From positions 1-64,000 of the forward strand of contig JBBRLI010000011.1 in NCBI GenBank assembly GCA_038231455.1: a stretch of DNA of 64,000 bases. Direction: 5' to 3'. Source of the DNA: Vulcanimicrobiales bacterium (lineage in GTDB: Bacteria; Vulcanimicrobiota; Vulcanimicrobiia; Vulcanimicrobiales; Vulcanimicrobiaceae). The notes under the pieces were generated by a model. That model worked only from the letters and a program-made list of their open reading frames with translations. It did no database searches and was not told the origin of the DNA. This document shows, piece by piece, positions 9,269 through 19,405 of the stretch. Each line of letters starts with the position of its first letter. Positions within the stretch are counted from its first letter, which is position 1. The position numbers and the translations under genes are program-made.

Positions 9269-10245
9269 TCGACGTCCACATCATCGGCGCGAGCGGGTAT
9301 GCCGCCGGGGAACTCGTGCGTCTACTCGACGCGCATCCCGACGTTCGCATCGCGACGCTCGAGAGCTCGAGCGCGCCGGGAGCGCGCGTTTGCGATCTCT
9401 TTCCCGGGCTCCCCGGCATCACGCTACGCTGCGCGGATGTGGGGACAGTTGCGGCACACGCGCAGCGCGGCGATGTCGTCTTTCTTGCCGGCAATCACGA
9501 ACTCGCGCACGCAAACGCTCCGCTGCTGCTCGAGCGCGGCGCGCGCGTGATCGATCTCTCCGATGCGTTTCGCTTACACGAAAGCGCCGGGACTGCCGTG
9601 TACGGTTTCCCCGAACGGTACCGCGACGCAATCGCGCAGGCATCGCTCGTCGCAAATCCCGGTTGCTACGTCACGGCAGCACTCTTGGCACTCACGCCCC
9701 TCGGGGCGATCGCCGACCGTATCGCACAGGTCGTAATCGATGCGAAGAGCGGCATTACGGGCGCGGGACGCACGCCCAAAGTGGGCTCGCTCTTTGCCGA
9801 AGTCGAAGGAAACGTGCTGGCCTACGGGATGGACGCTCACCGCCACGGCGCGGAAATCGGCCAAGAGATCGCTGCCGCGGGCGTCGATCGCCCGTACATT
9901 TTTTCTCCGCACGTCGTGCCACTCGGCCGCGGACTGCTAGCGGATGTGTACCTCATTCCCTCGGCACCGATCGAACGCGACGAGGTTCTTGCAATCTACG
10001 AGCGCGCTTACGCCGCGAACCCATTCGTTACGGTCTTCCGCGACGGCCGCGTACCCAATCTCCCCGCACTCGTCAAAACGAACGATGCGCAGATTGCCGT
10101 CGCCGAACGCGGGGGGATCGTGCACGTCGTCTGCGGGATCGATAACCTCGGTAAAGGCGCGGCCGGACAGGCCGTGCAGAATATGAATCTCATGTGTGGT
10201 CTTGGAGAGGAACGTGGCCTTGGCACTCGCACCGCCGTCCGCTGA
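9265..10245 (+). CDS. argC: N-acetyl-gamma-glutamyl-phosphate reductase
   Basis: IIGASGYAAGEL, IDLSDAFRL, ANPGCY, IDNLGKGAAGQAVQNMN. Confidence 0.96.
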   Translation: MIDVHIIGASGYAAGELVRLLDAHPDVRIATLESSSAPGARVCDLFPGLPGITLRCADVGTVAAHAQRGDVVFLAGNHELAHANAPLLLERGARVIDLSDAFRLHESAGTAVYGFPERYRDAIAQASLVANPGCYVTAALLALTPLGAIADRIAQVVIDAKSGITGAGRTPKVGSLFAEVEGNVLAYGMDAHRHGAEIGQEIAAAGVDRPYIFSPHVVPLGRGLLADVYLIPSAPIERDEVLAIYERAYAANPFVTVFRDGRVPNLPALVKTNDAQIAVAERGGIVHVVCGIDNLGKGAAGQAVQNMNLMCGLGEERGLGTRTAVR

Positions 10246-11443
10246 AGCGGTTCGCCTGATCGAAGTCCGCGGCGGCCTTGGCGCCGTGCCGGGCGTTCGT
10301 CTCGCGGGCGTTCACGCCGGGATCAAAAAGCGCAAGACCGACCTCGCACTGATTGCCTTTGACGAGCCGCATACGTGCGCGCAAGTCATTACGACAAACG
10401 AAGTCAAAGCGGCACCGCTCTTGGTAAGTTCGGCGCATCTCGACGAAGATGGCGATGCGATCGCCGCGATCGTCTGCAACGCCGGCTGCGCGAACGCGTG
10501 CACGGGCGAACGCGGAATGCGCGATGCCCGCGCGACGGCGCGTCAAGCCGCGACCTTGCTCAAGCTCCGCACGACGCAAGTGCTCGTCGCATCGACCGGT
10601 GTGATCGGCGTTCCGCTTCCAATGGATCGCGTGAGCAAAGGCGTCGAGCGCGCGGTGAAAATGCTCGAAGCCGGCAGCGAAGCGGCGTTCGATGCGGCGG
10701 AAGCCATCATGACGACCGATCACATGCCGAAACTCTCCGCGTTCGCGTGGCACGAGAACGGCACGCGCTACACCGTTGGCGGGATTGCTAAGGGCTCGGG
10801 GATGATCTCGCCCAACATGGCAACGATGCTGTGCTTCATCGCAACCGATGCGCCGATGTCGCGCGCGTCGCTCGGCGATGCGTTACGCGAAGCGGTCGAC
10901 GGCACGTTTAATATGATCTCGGTCGACGGCGATATGTCGACGAATGACTCCGTCTATGCATGCGCGATCCCAAGCGATGCCACCGCATCCGACGGGTTTC
11001 GCGCGGCACTCGCAGCCGTGTGCCGCGATCTTGCCATTCAGATGATCAAAGACGGCGAAGGCGCGAGCAAGACCCTGACGTTCCACGTCACCGGAGCGCG
11101 CGATGAAGCGCAAGCCCGTACCGTCGCCCGCGCCGTCATCAACTCGAGCCTCGTAAAAACCGCACTGTACGGCGAAGACCCGAACTGGGGTCGCGTGATT
11201 GCGGCCGCTGGTTCCGCGCATGCCGGCATCGATCCCGAATCGTGGTCGCTCTTTCTTGGCGGCCAACAGTGGGTCGAGAAAGGCGCAATCGAAACGCTCT
11301 CCGAGGCGGAAGCGCATACGATCCTCGAGGATCCCTTGATCGAGATCCGGTTGGACCTTGGCATCGGCGATGCCGCGGCCACCGGTTGGGGCTGCGATCT
11401 CTCCAGCGAGTATGTGCGCATCAACGCGCACTATCGCACGTAA
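10214..11443 (+). CDS. argJ: ornithine acetyltransferase / N-acetylglutamate synthase
   Basis: NAGCANACTG, STGVIG, IMTTD, KGSGMISPNMATML, DGDMSTND, DPNWGR; GTG 10214 after GGAGAGG. Confidence 0.96.
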   Translation: MALALAPPSAEAVRLIEVRGGLGAVPGVRLAGVHAGIKKRKTDLALIAFDEPHTCAQVITTNEVKAAPLLVSSAHLDEDGDAIAAIVCNAGCANACTGERGMRDARATARQAATLLKLRTTQVLVASTGVIGVPLPMDRVSKGVERAVKMLEAGSEAAFDAAEAIMTTDHMPKLSAFAWHENGTRYTVGGIAKGSGMISPNMATMLCFIATDAPMSRASLGDALREAVDGTFNMISVDGDMSTNDSVYACAIPSDATASDGFRAALAAVCRDLAIQMIKDGEGASKTLTFHVTGARDEAQARTVARAVINSSLVKTALYGEDPNWGRVIAAAGSAHAGIDPESWSLFLGGQQWVEKGAIETLSEAEAHTILEDPLIEIRLDLGIGDAAATGWGCDLSSEYVRINAHYRT

Positions 11444-12663
11444 TGGCGATCGAAGCGCGCCGCAGCGGGTCGCTTGCCGCGCGGCATCCGCACCTCATGC
11501 AGAACTACGGTCGCGCCGAGATCAATTTCGTGCGCGGCGACGGCGTCTGGCTGATCGACGAAAACGGCGATCGGTATTTGGATTTGGTCGCGGGGATTGC
11601 CGTCTGCGCGCTCGGCCATGCTCACCCGCGCATCGCGCGCGCAATCGCCGACCAAGCGCTCACGCTCGTCCACTGCAGCAACCTCTACTATCACGAACCG
11701 GCGGACACGCTAGCGGATCGACTCTGCGAGCTCGCGGAGTTCGATGTGACCTTCTTCTGCAACTCGGGCGCAGAAGCAAACGAAGCGGCGATCAAACTCG
11801 CCCGGAAGTTTGCCTACCGAAGCGGCAAACCGGAACGCACGACGATCCTTGCCGCAAACGGCTCGTTCCACGGACGGACGTTCGGCGCGCTTGCCGCAAC
11901 GGATAATCCCGCTTACAAAGTCGGTTTCGAACCCTTACCGCTGGGCTTTGCCTTTACGCCCATGAACGACATCGCCGCGCTCGAATCGGCGATCGACGAA
12001 CGGACGGCCGCGTTCATCATCGAGCCGATTCAAGGCGAGAGCGGCGTGATGCCCGCAACGCGCGCGTTCCTGCAAGCAGCCCGCGACCTGTGCGACAAGC
12101 ACGGCGCACTTTTGATCTTCGATGAGATCCAGTGCGGCATGGGGCGGCTTGGAAAGCTTTTCGCGTGGCAGTACTTTGGCGTGAAGCCCGACATCATCAC
12201 GATGGCAAAAGCACTCGCAAACGGTTTGCCGATCGGCGCGATTCTCGTGCACGGCGATGCGGCGACGGGTTTGCGCCCCGGCGATCATGGCACGACCTTC
12301 GGCGGTTCCCCGGTGCCGGCAGCCGCAGCGCTCGAACATTTGCACATTCGCGAAGTCATCGACCTCGACGCACACGTCGCTCAAGTTGGCACGCTGCTTT
12401 TCGATGGCCTCGCCGCGATCGCCGCGGATCATTCGACGGTCTTTGAGGCCCCGCGTGGCCACGGTCTCATGCTCGGTTTGCCCGTGCGCGCTCCGTACGA
12501 AGCGAAGAACTTCGTCCCGATCGCCCTGCAACTTCATTTGCTGATCAACGCCGCCGGACGAAACACGCTACGCTTCATCCCGCCGCTCATCATCACCGAA
12601 GAAGAAGTTGTCGACGCGCTCGCGCGCCTACGCGCCGCAATCGCGCAGTGTCTCTCGTCCTAG
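11443..12663 (+). CDS. argD: acetylornithine aminotransferase
   Basis: NSGAEANEAAIK, SFHGRT, EPIQGE, DEIQCGMGR, HGTTFGG; TAATG overlap with argJ. Confidence 0.93.
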   Translation: MAIEARRSGSLAARHPHLMQNYGRAEINFVRGDGVWLIDENGDRYLDLVAGIAVCALGHAHPRIARAIADQALTLVHCSNLYYHEPADTLADRLCELAEFDVTFFCNSGAEANEAAIKLARKFAYRSGKPERTTILAANGSFHGRTFGALAATDNPAYKVGFEPLPLGFAFTPMNDIAALESAIDERTAAFIIEPIQGESGVMPATRAFLQAARDLCDKHGALLIFDEIQCGMGRLGKLFAWQYFGVKPDIITMAKALANGLPIGAILVHGDAATGLRPGDHGTTFGGSPVPAAAALEHLHIREVIDLDAHVAQVGTLLFDGLAAIAADHSTVFEAPRGHGLMLGLPVRAPYEAKNFVPIALQLHLLINAAGRNTLRFIPPLIITEEEVVDALARLRAAIAQCLSS

Positions 12664-12688
12664 CGCCGTATCTCCGCGCGGAAGAAGC

Positions 12689-14050
12689 CTAACGGCCTCC
12701 GCCGAGTTTGTCGTGTAAATACGTCGCGAGCTGCGCATCCGCGACGCGCTCCTGGCGCATCGTGTCGCGGTCGCGCACGGTCACCGTGCCATCTTCGAGT
12801 GAGTCGTAGTCGACCATGATGCAACTTGGCGTGCCGATTTCGTCCTGACGGCGATACAGCTGCCCGACGTTGCCTTCATCGTACTGCGTGCGGAAGAACG
12901 GGCGCAGCGCCTGCTCGATGTTCTTTGCGCGTTCGACAAGATCGGGCTTGTTACGCGCCAGCGGAAAGACGCCGACTTGGATCGGCGCAATTTTCGGATG
13001 GAAGCGCAGCACGACCCGGCTGCTCTCTTTGCCGTTTTCATCGGCGAACGTCTCGTTCGTAAACGCATCGACGAGCATCGTAAGCGCGGTGCGATCCATA
13101 CCCGCCGAGCTTTCGATCAGGATCGGCGTGTACTTCGCTTTTGCAGCCTCATCGAAGAACGTGAGATCTTTTCCCGAGAGGTTCATGTGGGCGTCGAGAT
13201 CGTAGGTGCCGCGGTGGGCGATCGATTCGAGTTCGCCCCAGCCCCACGGGAAGAGGTACTCGACGTCGGTGCCGGCTTTTGCGTAATGCGGGCGCTCCTG
13301 CGGCGTGAGTTCGTAGAAGCGCAAGCGCTCGGGTTTGACCCCGTAGTCCGCGTACCACTGTTTGCGGCGCGCGACCCACTCTTCGTAGCACGCCATGTCC
13401 TTGCCGTCGTCGGGCACGAAATATTCCAGTTCCGCCTGTTCGAATTCGCGCTGGCGGTAGGTGAAGTTGCCGGGCGTGATCTCGTTGCGGAACGACTTAC
13501 CGATTTGCGCGATGCCGAAGGGCGGCTTTTTGCGCGCGCTCTGATAGATATTTTTGAAATTGACGAAAATGCCCTGAGCGGTTTCGGGACGCAGATACGC
13601 ACGCGAGGCGGTATCTTCCATCGGCCCGATCGCCGTCTGCATCATCAAGTTGAAGTTACGCGGTTCCGTGAGCGTGCCGCTCATCCCGCAGTCGGGACAC
13701 TTGTCGAGCGAGGGCAAGTGGTCGGCGCGGAAGCGGTGCTTGCAATTCTTGCAATCGACCATGCGATCGTGGAACGCATCGACGTGGCCCGAAGCTTTCC
13801 ACACCGAGGGATGCATGATGATCGAGGAATCAAACGCGACGACATCATCACGAAGTTCGACATTCTCACGCCACCACGCGTCTTTGACATTGCGCTTGAG
13901 GACCGCCCCGAGCGGGCCGTAATCGAAGAAGCCGCCGATGCCCCCGTAGATTTCACTGGACTGGAAAATAAAGCCGCGACGCTTGGCAAGGCCCGTGATC
14001 TCTTCCATTGTCGCGCGGAGGGATGGGGTCTGCTCCTTGGGTTCGTTCAT
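12689..14050 (-). CDS. glyQS: glycine--tRNA ligase, alpha2 type
   Basis: DYGPLG, YLRPETAQGIF, GKSFRNEITP, REFEQAELE, YRRQDEIGTP. Confidence 0.95.
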   Translation of the reverse strand: MNEPKEQTPSLRATMEEITGLAKRRGFIFQSSEIYGGIGGFFDYGPLGAVLKRNVKDAWWRENVELRDDVVAFDSSIIMHPSVWKASGHVDAFHDRMVDCKNCKHRFRADHLPSLDKCPDCGMSGTLTEPRNFNLMMQTAIGPMEDTASRAYLRPETAQGIFVNFKNIYQSARKKPPFGIAQIGKSFRNEITPGNFTYRQREFEQAELEYFVPDDGKDMACYEEWVARRKQWYADYGVKPERLRFYELTPQERPHYAKAGTDVEYLFPWGWGELESIAHRGTYDLDAHMNLSGKDLTFFDEAAKAKYTPILIESSAGMDRTALTMLVDAFTNETFADENGKESSRVVLRFHPKIAPIQVGVFPLARNKPDLVERAKNIEQALRPFFRTQYDEGNVGQLYRRQDEIGTPSCIMVDYDSLEDGTVTVRDRDTMRQERVADAQLATYLHDKLGGGR

Positions 14051-14106
14051 AGCCGCCCGCTCTTCGGTCCGCGGGCGCAGAGACCCCGCGCAGCGTAGCT
14101 AGCGAA

Positions 14107-14940
14107 ATGCAGAAGATTGTCGCCTGGACCATTCTGGCCGCGCTGCTGCTGGCCGCACCGGCACGCGCCGCAGTCGATCCGAAGACCGGCGTCATCGCGC
14201 GGCCCGATCGCGCATATCTCACGGACGGCCTCGACAAACATATGCTCGATGTCTTCTCACCACGGACCGGCGTCGGCTATCCGGTTTTTGTCTACGTGCA
14301 TGGCGGCGGCTGGACGGAAGGCGACCGCCGGAATTACGCCTTCATCGCGCGCGCGATTGCGGCCGAGGGCATCGTGGTCGTTGTACCGTCCTATCGCCTG
14401 TGGCCGGTGACCGATGCGTTCGGTATGGCAGAAGACATCGGCGCGGCTTCTGCCTGGACGTTCGAGCACATTCGCGACTACGGCGGAGATCCGCGTCATG
14501 TCGTCATCGGTGGTCATTCGGCCGGTGGCCATCTTGCGGCACTCGTCGGTTTCGATTCGCGCTATTTGCGCGATAGCGGAGCGACCTCGAACCGCTTTGC
14601 CGGCGTCGCGTTGCTCTCAGGCACCTACGACTTGCGGCCAGCGAACTTCACCGACGACGCACTCTTCGGCTCGACCATGCAGAAACGGATGCAGCTCTCA
14701 CCCATTCTGTATTTGAGCGATTCGACGCCGCCGGTGCTGGCCGTATGCGCGGGCGACGAAGCGCCGATTTCTTGTCGCCTCCGCAATCAGCTCGCCGCAG
14801 CAATAACCGAAGCGCACGGGTATGTCCGCAGCTTCGATGCGGTTGGGCGCACGCACATCAGCGAAATCGTCGACCTGGCAGACGTGGCGAACGACCCGCT
14901 GCGAGCGGCGCTTGCCGCGTTCATTCGCAATCCCCGCTAG
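14107..14940 (+). CDS. secreted alpha/beta hydrolase (HSL-like esterase)
   Basis: Signal peptide, HGGGW oxyanion motif, GHSAGG nucleophile elbow. Confidence 0.88.
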   Translation: MQKIVAWTILAALLLAAPARAAVDPKTGVIARPDRAYLTDGLDKHMLDVFSPRTGVGYPVFVYVHGGGWTEGDRRNYAFIARAIAAEGIVVVVPSYRLWPVTDAFGMAEDIGAASAWTFEHIRDYGGDPRHVVIGGHSAGGHLAALVGFDSRYLRDSGATSNRFAGVALLSGTYDLRPANFTDDALFGSTMQKRMQLSPILYLSDSTPPVLAVCAGDEAPISCRLRNQLAAAITEAHGYVRSFDAVGRTHISEIVDLADVANDPLRAALAAFIRNPR

Positions 14941-15752
14941 TTGTCCGAGGCCACTTGACCGAAGTTCAGCAGCGCAACGAATCCAACGCCGCCGATGATA
15001 TTGCCAATGAGCACGGGGACAAGGAAGCTGCCGAGATACGTAAGCGGAGCAACAGCGCCGCGTTCGACGGCGTAGAGCACGTCAACCGAACCCGCGATGA
15101 TGTGCGTAAATTTTGCTGCCGCGAGTAAGTAGGTCATGCCGAAAATAATGAGCGGACGCGCCGCGGCTTCTGCCGCCGGCAACAGCCACACCATGAGTGC
15201 GAGTATCCAGCCAGCAAAAATCGCTTTGACGAACGTCGTGAGCCACGGGTAGGAAACCGAGTCCGTTCCGATCTTGAGAAATGCGGCGCGCACATCATCG
15301 CTAAACGCACCCGAGTGAACGATCAACGTTGCGGCGATCAGCGTTCCGACAAGATTGGCCGCGAGAACGAGCGACCAAAGGCGCATGACTTTCGCAAACA
15401 CCCCGCGCGTCGGGCGTTTCAAAAAGACCAGCACCGGCGTCAGCGTATTTTCTGTAAAAAGCTGCTGCCGGCCGAGAATGACGATCACAAAACCGAATGT
15501 GTATCCGACGCTCTCTATGAGCCCATGATACCGTGAAGCCGGAATCGCCGAGCCGATCACGCCCATGGCAATGAGCGAGAAACACATGGAAAGCCCCGCT
15601 GCTAGACCCGAGAAAAGCAACGCGGGTGCGGTGCGCTCGATCTCCTCGGCACCCTCCTTGCGAATTGTCTCGAAGACGATCGATGCCGAGGGCAGCTTTC
15701 GCTCCTCGGCCTCCTCGTTCTCGCTCTGCTTATCGCTTGCCGCTGCGGTCAT
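14937..15752 (-). CDS. formate/nitrite transporter family protein (YfdC-like)
   Basis: GLAAGLSM, GRQQLFTENT, NLVG, HIIAGS, GNIIGG; multiple TM segments. Confidence 0.88.
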   Translation of the reverse strand: MTAAASDKQSENEEAEERKLPSASIVFETIRKEGAEEIERTAPALLFSGLAAGLSMCFSLIAMGVIGSAIPASRYHGLIESVGYTFGFVIVILGRQQLFTENTLTPVLVFLKRPTRGVFAKVMRLWSLVLAANLVGTLIAATLIVHSGAFSDDVRAAFLKIGTDSVSYPWLTTFVKAIFAGWILALMVWLLPAAEAAARPLIIFGMTYLLAAAKFTHIIAGSVDVLYAVERGAVAPLTYLGSFLVPVLIGNIIGGVGFVALLNFGQVASDN

Positions 15753-15800
15753 GGGGCAAGCTATACCCAGGTTGCGGCCGCCTGCACCCAAGGAAAAGGC

Positions 15801-17042
15801 TCAGCAGCCCTTCGGCGCATCCTGCACCGCGGGCGGAATCGGTTTTGCATCGCCGGGGTTCTCAACGTCGATGGTACTTGATGTTTTTTTCGTGCTCCAG
15901 ACAATCGGGAATTCTGTCGTACCGGGAACGGCCTGCCCATTCACGATCTCCGGCCAGTAACGACTCGCAAGCGCACTTTTTACCACGGCTTGATTGAGGA
16001 CTTCGTTGCCAGAATCGTGACTGAGGACGGCGTCCGTCGGTTTTCCATCCGAACCGATGGTAACGCGGGCAGATGCGATGGCCGTTGCCGATCGTACGCG
16101 CTGTGGGACATCGTTTGCGAACGGCTCCAAAACGAGGCTGATTGCAAGCAAACGCACCTCTGACCAACACCCGCGCCCGACCGTAAGCAGAGGGAAATAC
16201 ACGCGATAGACTCCGGGGCTGACGCCCCCCGTCCGGGTACTGACAAGCTTCAACGCCGCAGATTCGTGGGATTTATCGTTGGGCGAATCGCCGCAAACGG
16301 AATACGCGAAGCCAATTTTCCCGTCGCGCTCGGTACCGGGAACCGTCCGGGCCCAAATAAATTCATTGTGCTGCGGATCGATTGGGACATCTGCCAGTCC
16401 GGAGAAGAGCGGCGTCCGCGCATGCGCGATCCCCGCAGCCGTAGCACAATCGGGATACGTCTGTTGGATGACCGGCGCGAGTTCGGTCGTCGTAGCGAGG
16501 GGATCGAATGTCGGGCGCGGCCTCGGCGTTGTTCTCGCAGGATGATAGTTCGGCAAGGTCTCCGGAATTGGCGAGAGTGTCGCTTTCCACGGTGTGCCGT
16601 CCGCAAAATCGACATGGTCGACGTAGTAAACAACGAGCGAAACACCCGTTTTCGGATAATGCATCGACACGCAATTCTCGCGATTCGCGTTCCGCGTGCG
16701 CTCATCGTACGACTTGATTCTCACGTCGGTCGAAAATGTACCCGAACGATCGAGAAAGTCGCCCCCGACGTGCATTCCCATCGCATCATAGTAGACGAAA
16801 TTGACGCGAAACGACGTCGCCGTTCGGGGGTCGCTATTGTGAAAGCTGACGCAGATAAAATCCACCGCGACCTTCTGAAAACCGTCTGAATGAAAACCCG
16901 CCGGTCCGGCACCGTCGATGACGACCGGGCTTTCCGTCTTTAAGCCGATCAGATTGAACGGAGCACTGGCAGTTTGAGCGATTGCCCCAACAGGAATTAA
17001 GACTGCGGCCATCACCGCGAAAACAAGCCGAATCAAACGCAC
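15801..17042 (-). CDS. secreted protein with C-terminal TonB-C-like domain
   Basis: Signal peptide; C-terminal VTIGSDGKPTDAVLSHDSGNEVLNQAVVKSALASRYWPEIVNGQAV resembles TonB_C; N-terminal domain unrecognised. Confidence 0.7.
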   Translation of the reverse strand: MRLIRLVFAVMAAVLIPVGAIAQTASAPFNLIGLKTESPVVIDGAGPAGFHSDGFQKVAVDFICVSFHNSDPRTATSFRVNFVYYDAMGMHVGGDFLDRSGTFSTDVRIKSYDERTRNANRENCVSMHYPKTGVSLVVYYVDHVDFADGTPWKATLSPIPETLPNYHPARTTPRPRPTFDPLATTTELAPVIQQTYPDCATAAGIAHARTPLFSGLADVPIDPQHNEFIWARTVPGTERDGKIGFAYSVCGDSPNDKSHESAALKLVSTRTGGVSPGVYRVYFPLLTVGRGCWSEVRLLAISLVLEPFANDVPQRVRSATAIASARVTIGSDGKPTDAVLSHDSGNEVLNQAVVKSALASRYWPEIVNGQAVPGTTEFPIVWSTKKTSSTIDVENPGDAKPIPPAVQDAPKGC

Positions 17043-17078
17043 CCGATACCCTCCGTAAAACGCGCGAACGCGCGAGTC

Positions 17079-18269
17079 TTACGTCTGTTCTTCTACGGTT
17101 CGGGGTGCCTTTGCCTCGGTCGCGGCATATCGGCCGCTGTACGTTCGGCCACGCCACGATACACCGCGGCCGGTGAGCACGCGTGCGGTTGAATTCAACG
17201 TGATCCCGGCAAGAACCGCAAATCCGAGCGGCGCGAATACGCCAAGCGTTCGAGACATCCGCGTCTGTCCCACCGCCCACGTCGCCGTTGCAACAACGGT
17301 CGCGAGCGCAGCGATCGCCTCGAGCGCTTCGAACGGGCGGCGACGCGCGGCGGCGTTGATTGCCAGCAACGGCGGCCCAACCGAGAGCGCAACAAGAAAA
17401 ACGATACCGCCAAGCAGACGTTCGGGACGACCCTCTGCTCCAAGATAGATGTTCTTCGTGAATCCGTTCCAGATTTCAAGCAGCGAATGATACATCCGAA
17501 CGCTTGCGAGATCTTCACCGCCCGCCAAGATCATTTGGAATCGACCATCGCGTTTCACTAGCCGCGCGAATTCCAAGTCTTCGACGATCTGGCCACGAAC
17601 CGACTCGTGACCCCCGAGTGCCGTATAGGCGCGGCGCGAAATCATGATGTACTGGCCGTTTGCGATCGCAACGGGGCTCGTGGGGTCGTTGATCTCATCG
17701 AACGTTCCCACCGTAAAGAGCACGATCCCGAGAATCGCCGGCAAGACGGCGCGCTCCCAAAACGTCCCGAGCTCTTGCCGCGTCGCGATCGTGACCGCAT
17801 CGACCTCGGCCACCTGCGCGAACGCCAGCACCGATCGCGTCGCGAACGGCTCGTGATATGAGTCGGCGTCGGTAAAGAGCAACCACGATCCGCGTGCCAT
17901 GCGCGCGCCCTGAACGAGGGCCCAGGGTTTTCCAACCCAGCCGTCCGGCAACGCCTCGCCGGTAATCACGCGTAAGCGATCGCTGCCGGATGCAAGCTCA
18001 TGCAAAATCTCGCCGGTGCGATCGGTCGATCGATCGTCGACGACGATCACCTCGAAATTACTGAGGTCTTGCGCCAAGAGCGAACGCACGCAGCGTTCGA
18101 TGCTGCGTTCCTCATCACGCGCGGGAACGACGATCGAAACGAGCGTCGCGTCGTCACTCTCAGTAACAACCGGGACGCGGATCCAACCGGCCGCGTAGCG
18201 GGCGCTGCGCACCGCATAGAACAGCGCGACACCGGCGCATCCGTGTGTGAGAACGCTCCCGAGTTTCAA
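17079..18269 (-). CDS. membrane GT2 glycosyltransferase (CrtQ/HpnB-like)
   Basis: VPARDEE, VVDDRSTD, GWVGKPWAL, FTDAD, ANGQ, EDL, RMY..GFTKN, WRGRTY. Confidence 0.85.
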   Translation of the reverse strand: MKLGSVLTHGCAGVALFYAVRSARYAAGWIRVPVVTESDDATLVSIVVPARDEERSIERCVRSLLAQDLSNFEVIVVDDRSTDRTGEILHELASGSDRLRVITGEALPDGWVGKPWALVQGARMARGSWLLFTDADSYHEPFATRSVLAFAQVAEVDAVTIATRQELGTFWERAVLPAILGIVLFTVGTFDEINDPTSPVAIANGQYIMISRRAYTALGGHESVRGQIVEDLEFARLVKRDGRFQMILAGGEDLASVRMYHSLLEIWNGFTKNIYLGAEGRPERLLGGIVFLVALSVGPPLLAINAAARRRPFEALEAIAALATVVATATWAVGQTRMSRTLGVFAPLGFAVLAGITLNSTARVLTGRGVSWRGRTYSGRYAATEAKAPRTVEEQT

Positions 18270-18275
18270 ACGGAT

Positions 18276-19355
18276 TTAGACGTGTGCGCGGGGTTGCGTT
18301 TCGGCGCGAAGTTGTCCGCAAGCCGCAGCGATGTCGCGGCCCATCGGAACGCGCACCGTATTGGCGACGCCTTTTGCTTCGAGAATCGCGGCGAAAGCGC
18401 GAATGCGTTCGTCGCCGCTGCTGCCGAGTGCCGCATCGGGGGTTGAATTATATGGGATCAGGTTCACGTGATAGAGCGGGCCACGCATGAGGCGCGCGAG
18501 TTCTTCGGCGTCTTGGGGACGGTCGTTCACGCCTTCGAGCATGATGTATTCGAAGAAGACTTTGCGATTGGTCTTCTCGATGTACATTTTGACCGTCGCC
18601 ATGAGCTCGTCCATCGCCCAGCGTTTGTTTACCGGCATGATCGACGAGCGAACCTCGTCGTTTGGCGCATGCAGAGAAATCGCAAGATTGACTTGAATTC
18701 CTTCGTTTGCGAAGCGTTCGATTTGCGGAACGAGACCGACGGTCGAGATCGTGATGTGCCGATGCCCGAGGCCAAATCCCTGGCCGTCGTTGAGGAGCGA
18801 CACGGCGCCCATCACGGCGTCGTAATTGTGGAACGGTTCGCCCATTCCCATGAATACAATGTTCGTGATGCGGCGGTTCTGTTTTGCCAGCAGACGTGCG
18901 AAGTATCGCGCTTGATCGAAAATTTCTGTCGCTTCGAGTTGGCGCGTGAAACCAGCTTGCCCGGTCGAGCAAAACGAACACGCAAACGCACAGCCGGCTT
19001 GGCTCGAAATACACACCGTATTGCGTTCGCCGAAATGCTCCATTAGCACGGCTTCGACTTCCGCGCCGTCCGCAAGTGCGAAGAGGCCCTTCGTGGTCTG
19101 CTTGTCGTTCGATTTCTGAATGACGACCGGCTCGACCGAATCGAACGCGAATCCCTCACCCGCGAGCGTCGCTCGTAGTTCTTTGGGCAGTGTCGTGACA
19201 TCAGCGAGGTCATCGACGAATTCTTTTGCCGCGGCGCGATAGAGCTGCTCGAGGCGATAGTTCTTGAGCCCGTGGGCAAGGGCGAAGGCGGCCCCGTCGG
19301 CGTAGCCGGCGCGGCGGGCTTTCTCATCGATCCCGAGCTGGCCAGCGGGTGTCAT
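18276..19355 (-). CDS. rlmN: dual-specificity RNA methyltransferase RlmN
   Basis: CISSQAGCAFACSFCSTG, FMGMGEP, ISLHA, DIAAACGQL. Confidence 0.96.
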   Translation of the reverse strand: MTPAGQLGIDEKARRAGYADGAAFALAHGLKNYRLEQLYRAAAKEFVDDLADVTTLPKELRATLAGEGFAFDSVEPVVIQKSNDKQTTKGLFALADGAEVEAVLMEHFGERNTVCISSQAGCAFACSFCSTGQAGFTRQLEATEIFDQARYFARLLAKQNRRITNIVFMGMGEPFHNYDAVMGAVSLLNDGQGFGLGHRHITISTVGLVPQIERFANEGIQVNLAISLHAPNDEVRSSIMPVNKRWAMDELMATVKMYIEKTNRKVFFEYIMLEGVNDRPQDAEELARLMRGPLYHVNLIPYNSTPDAALGSSGDERIRAFAAILEAKGVANTVRVPMGRDIAAACGQLRAETQPRAHV

Positions 19356-19363
19356 GACGCCCT

Positions 19364-19372
19364 ATTGTACCA
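19364..19372 (-). promoter_or_regulatory. extended -10 element of rlmN (TGGTACAAT)
   Basis: TGn-TACAAT ends 8 nt upstream of the rlmN ATG; no clear SD. Confidence 0.6.
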
Positions 19373-19405
19373 CGGCCGGTTTCCGGCGTCTGCGACCAAG
19401 GCGGC

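Noticed and set aside
14051-14106. T-box leader for glycyl-tRNA ligase
   Set aside because: Only 56 bp to the divergent gene and no T-box consensus seen.
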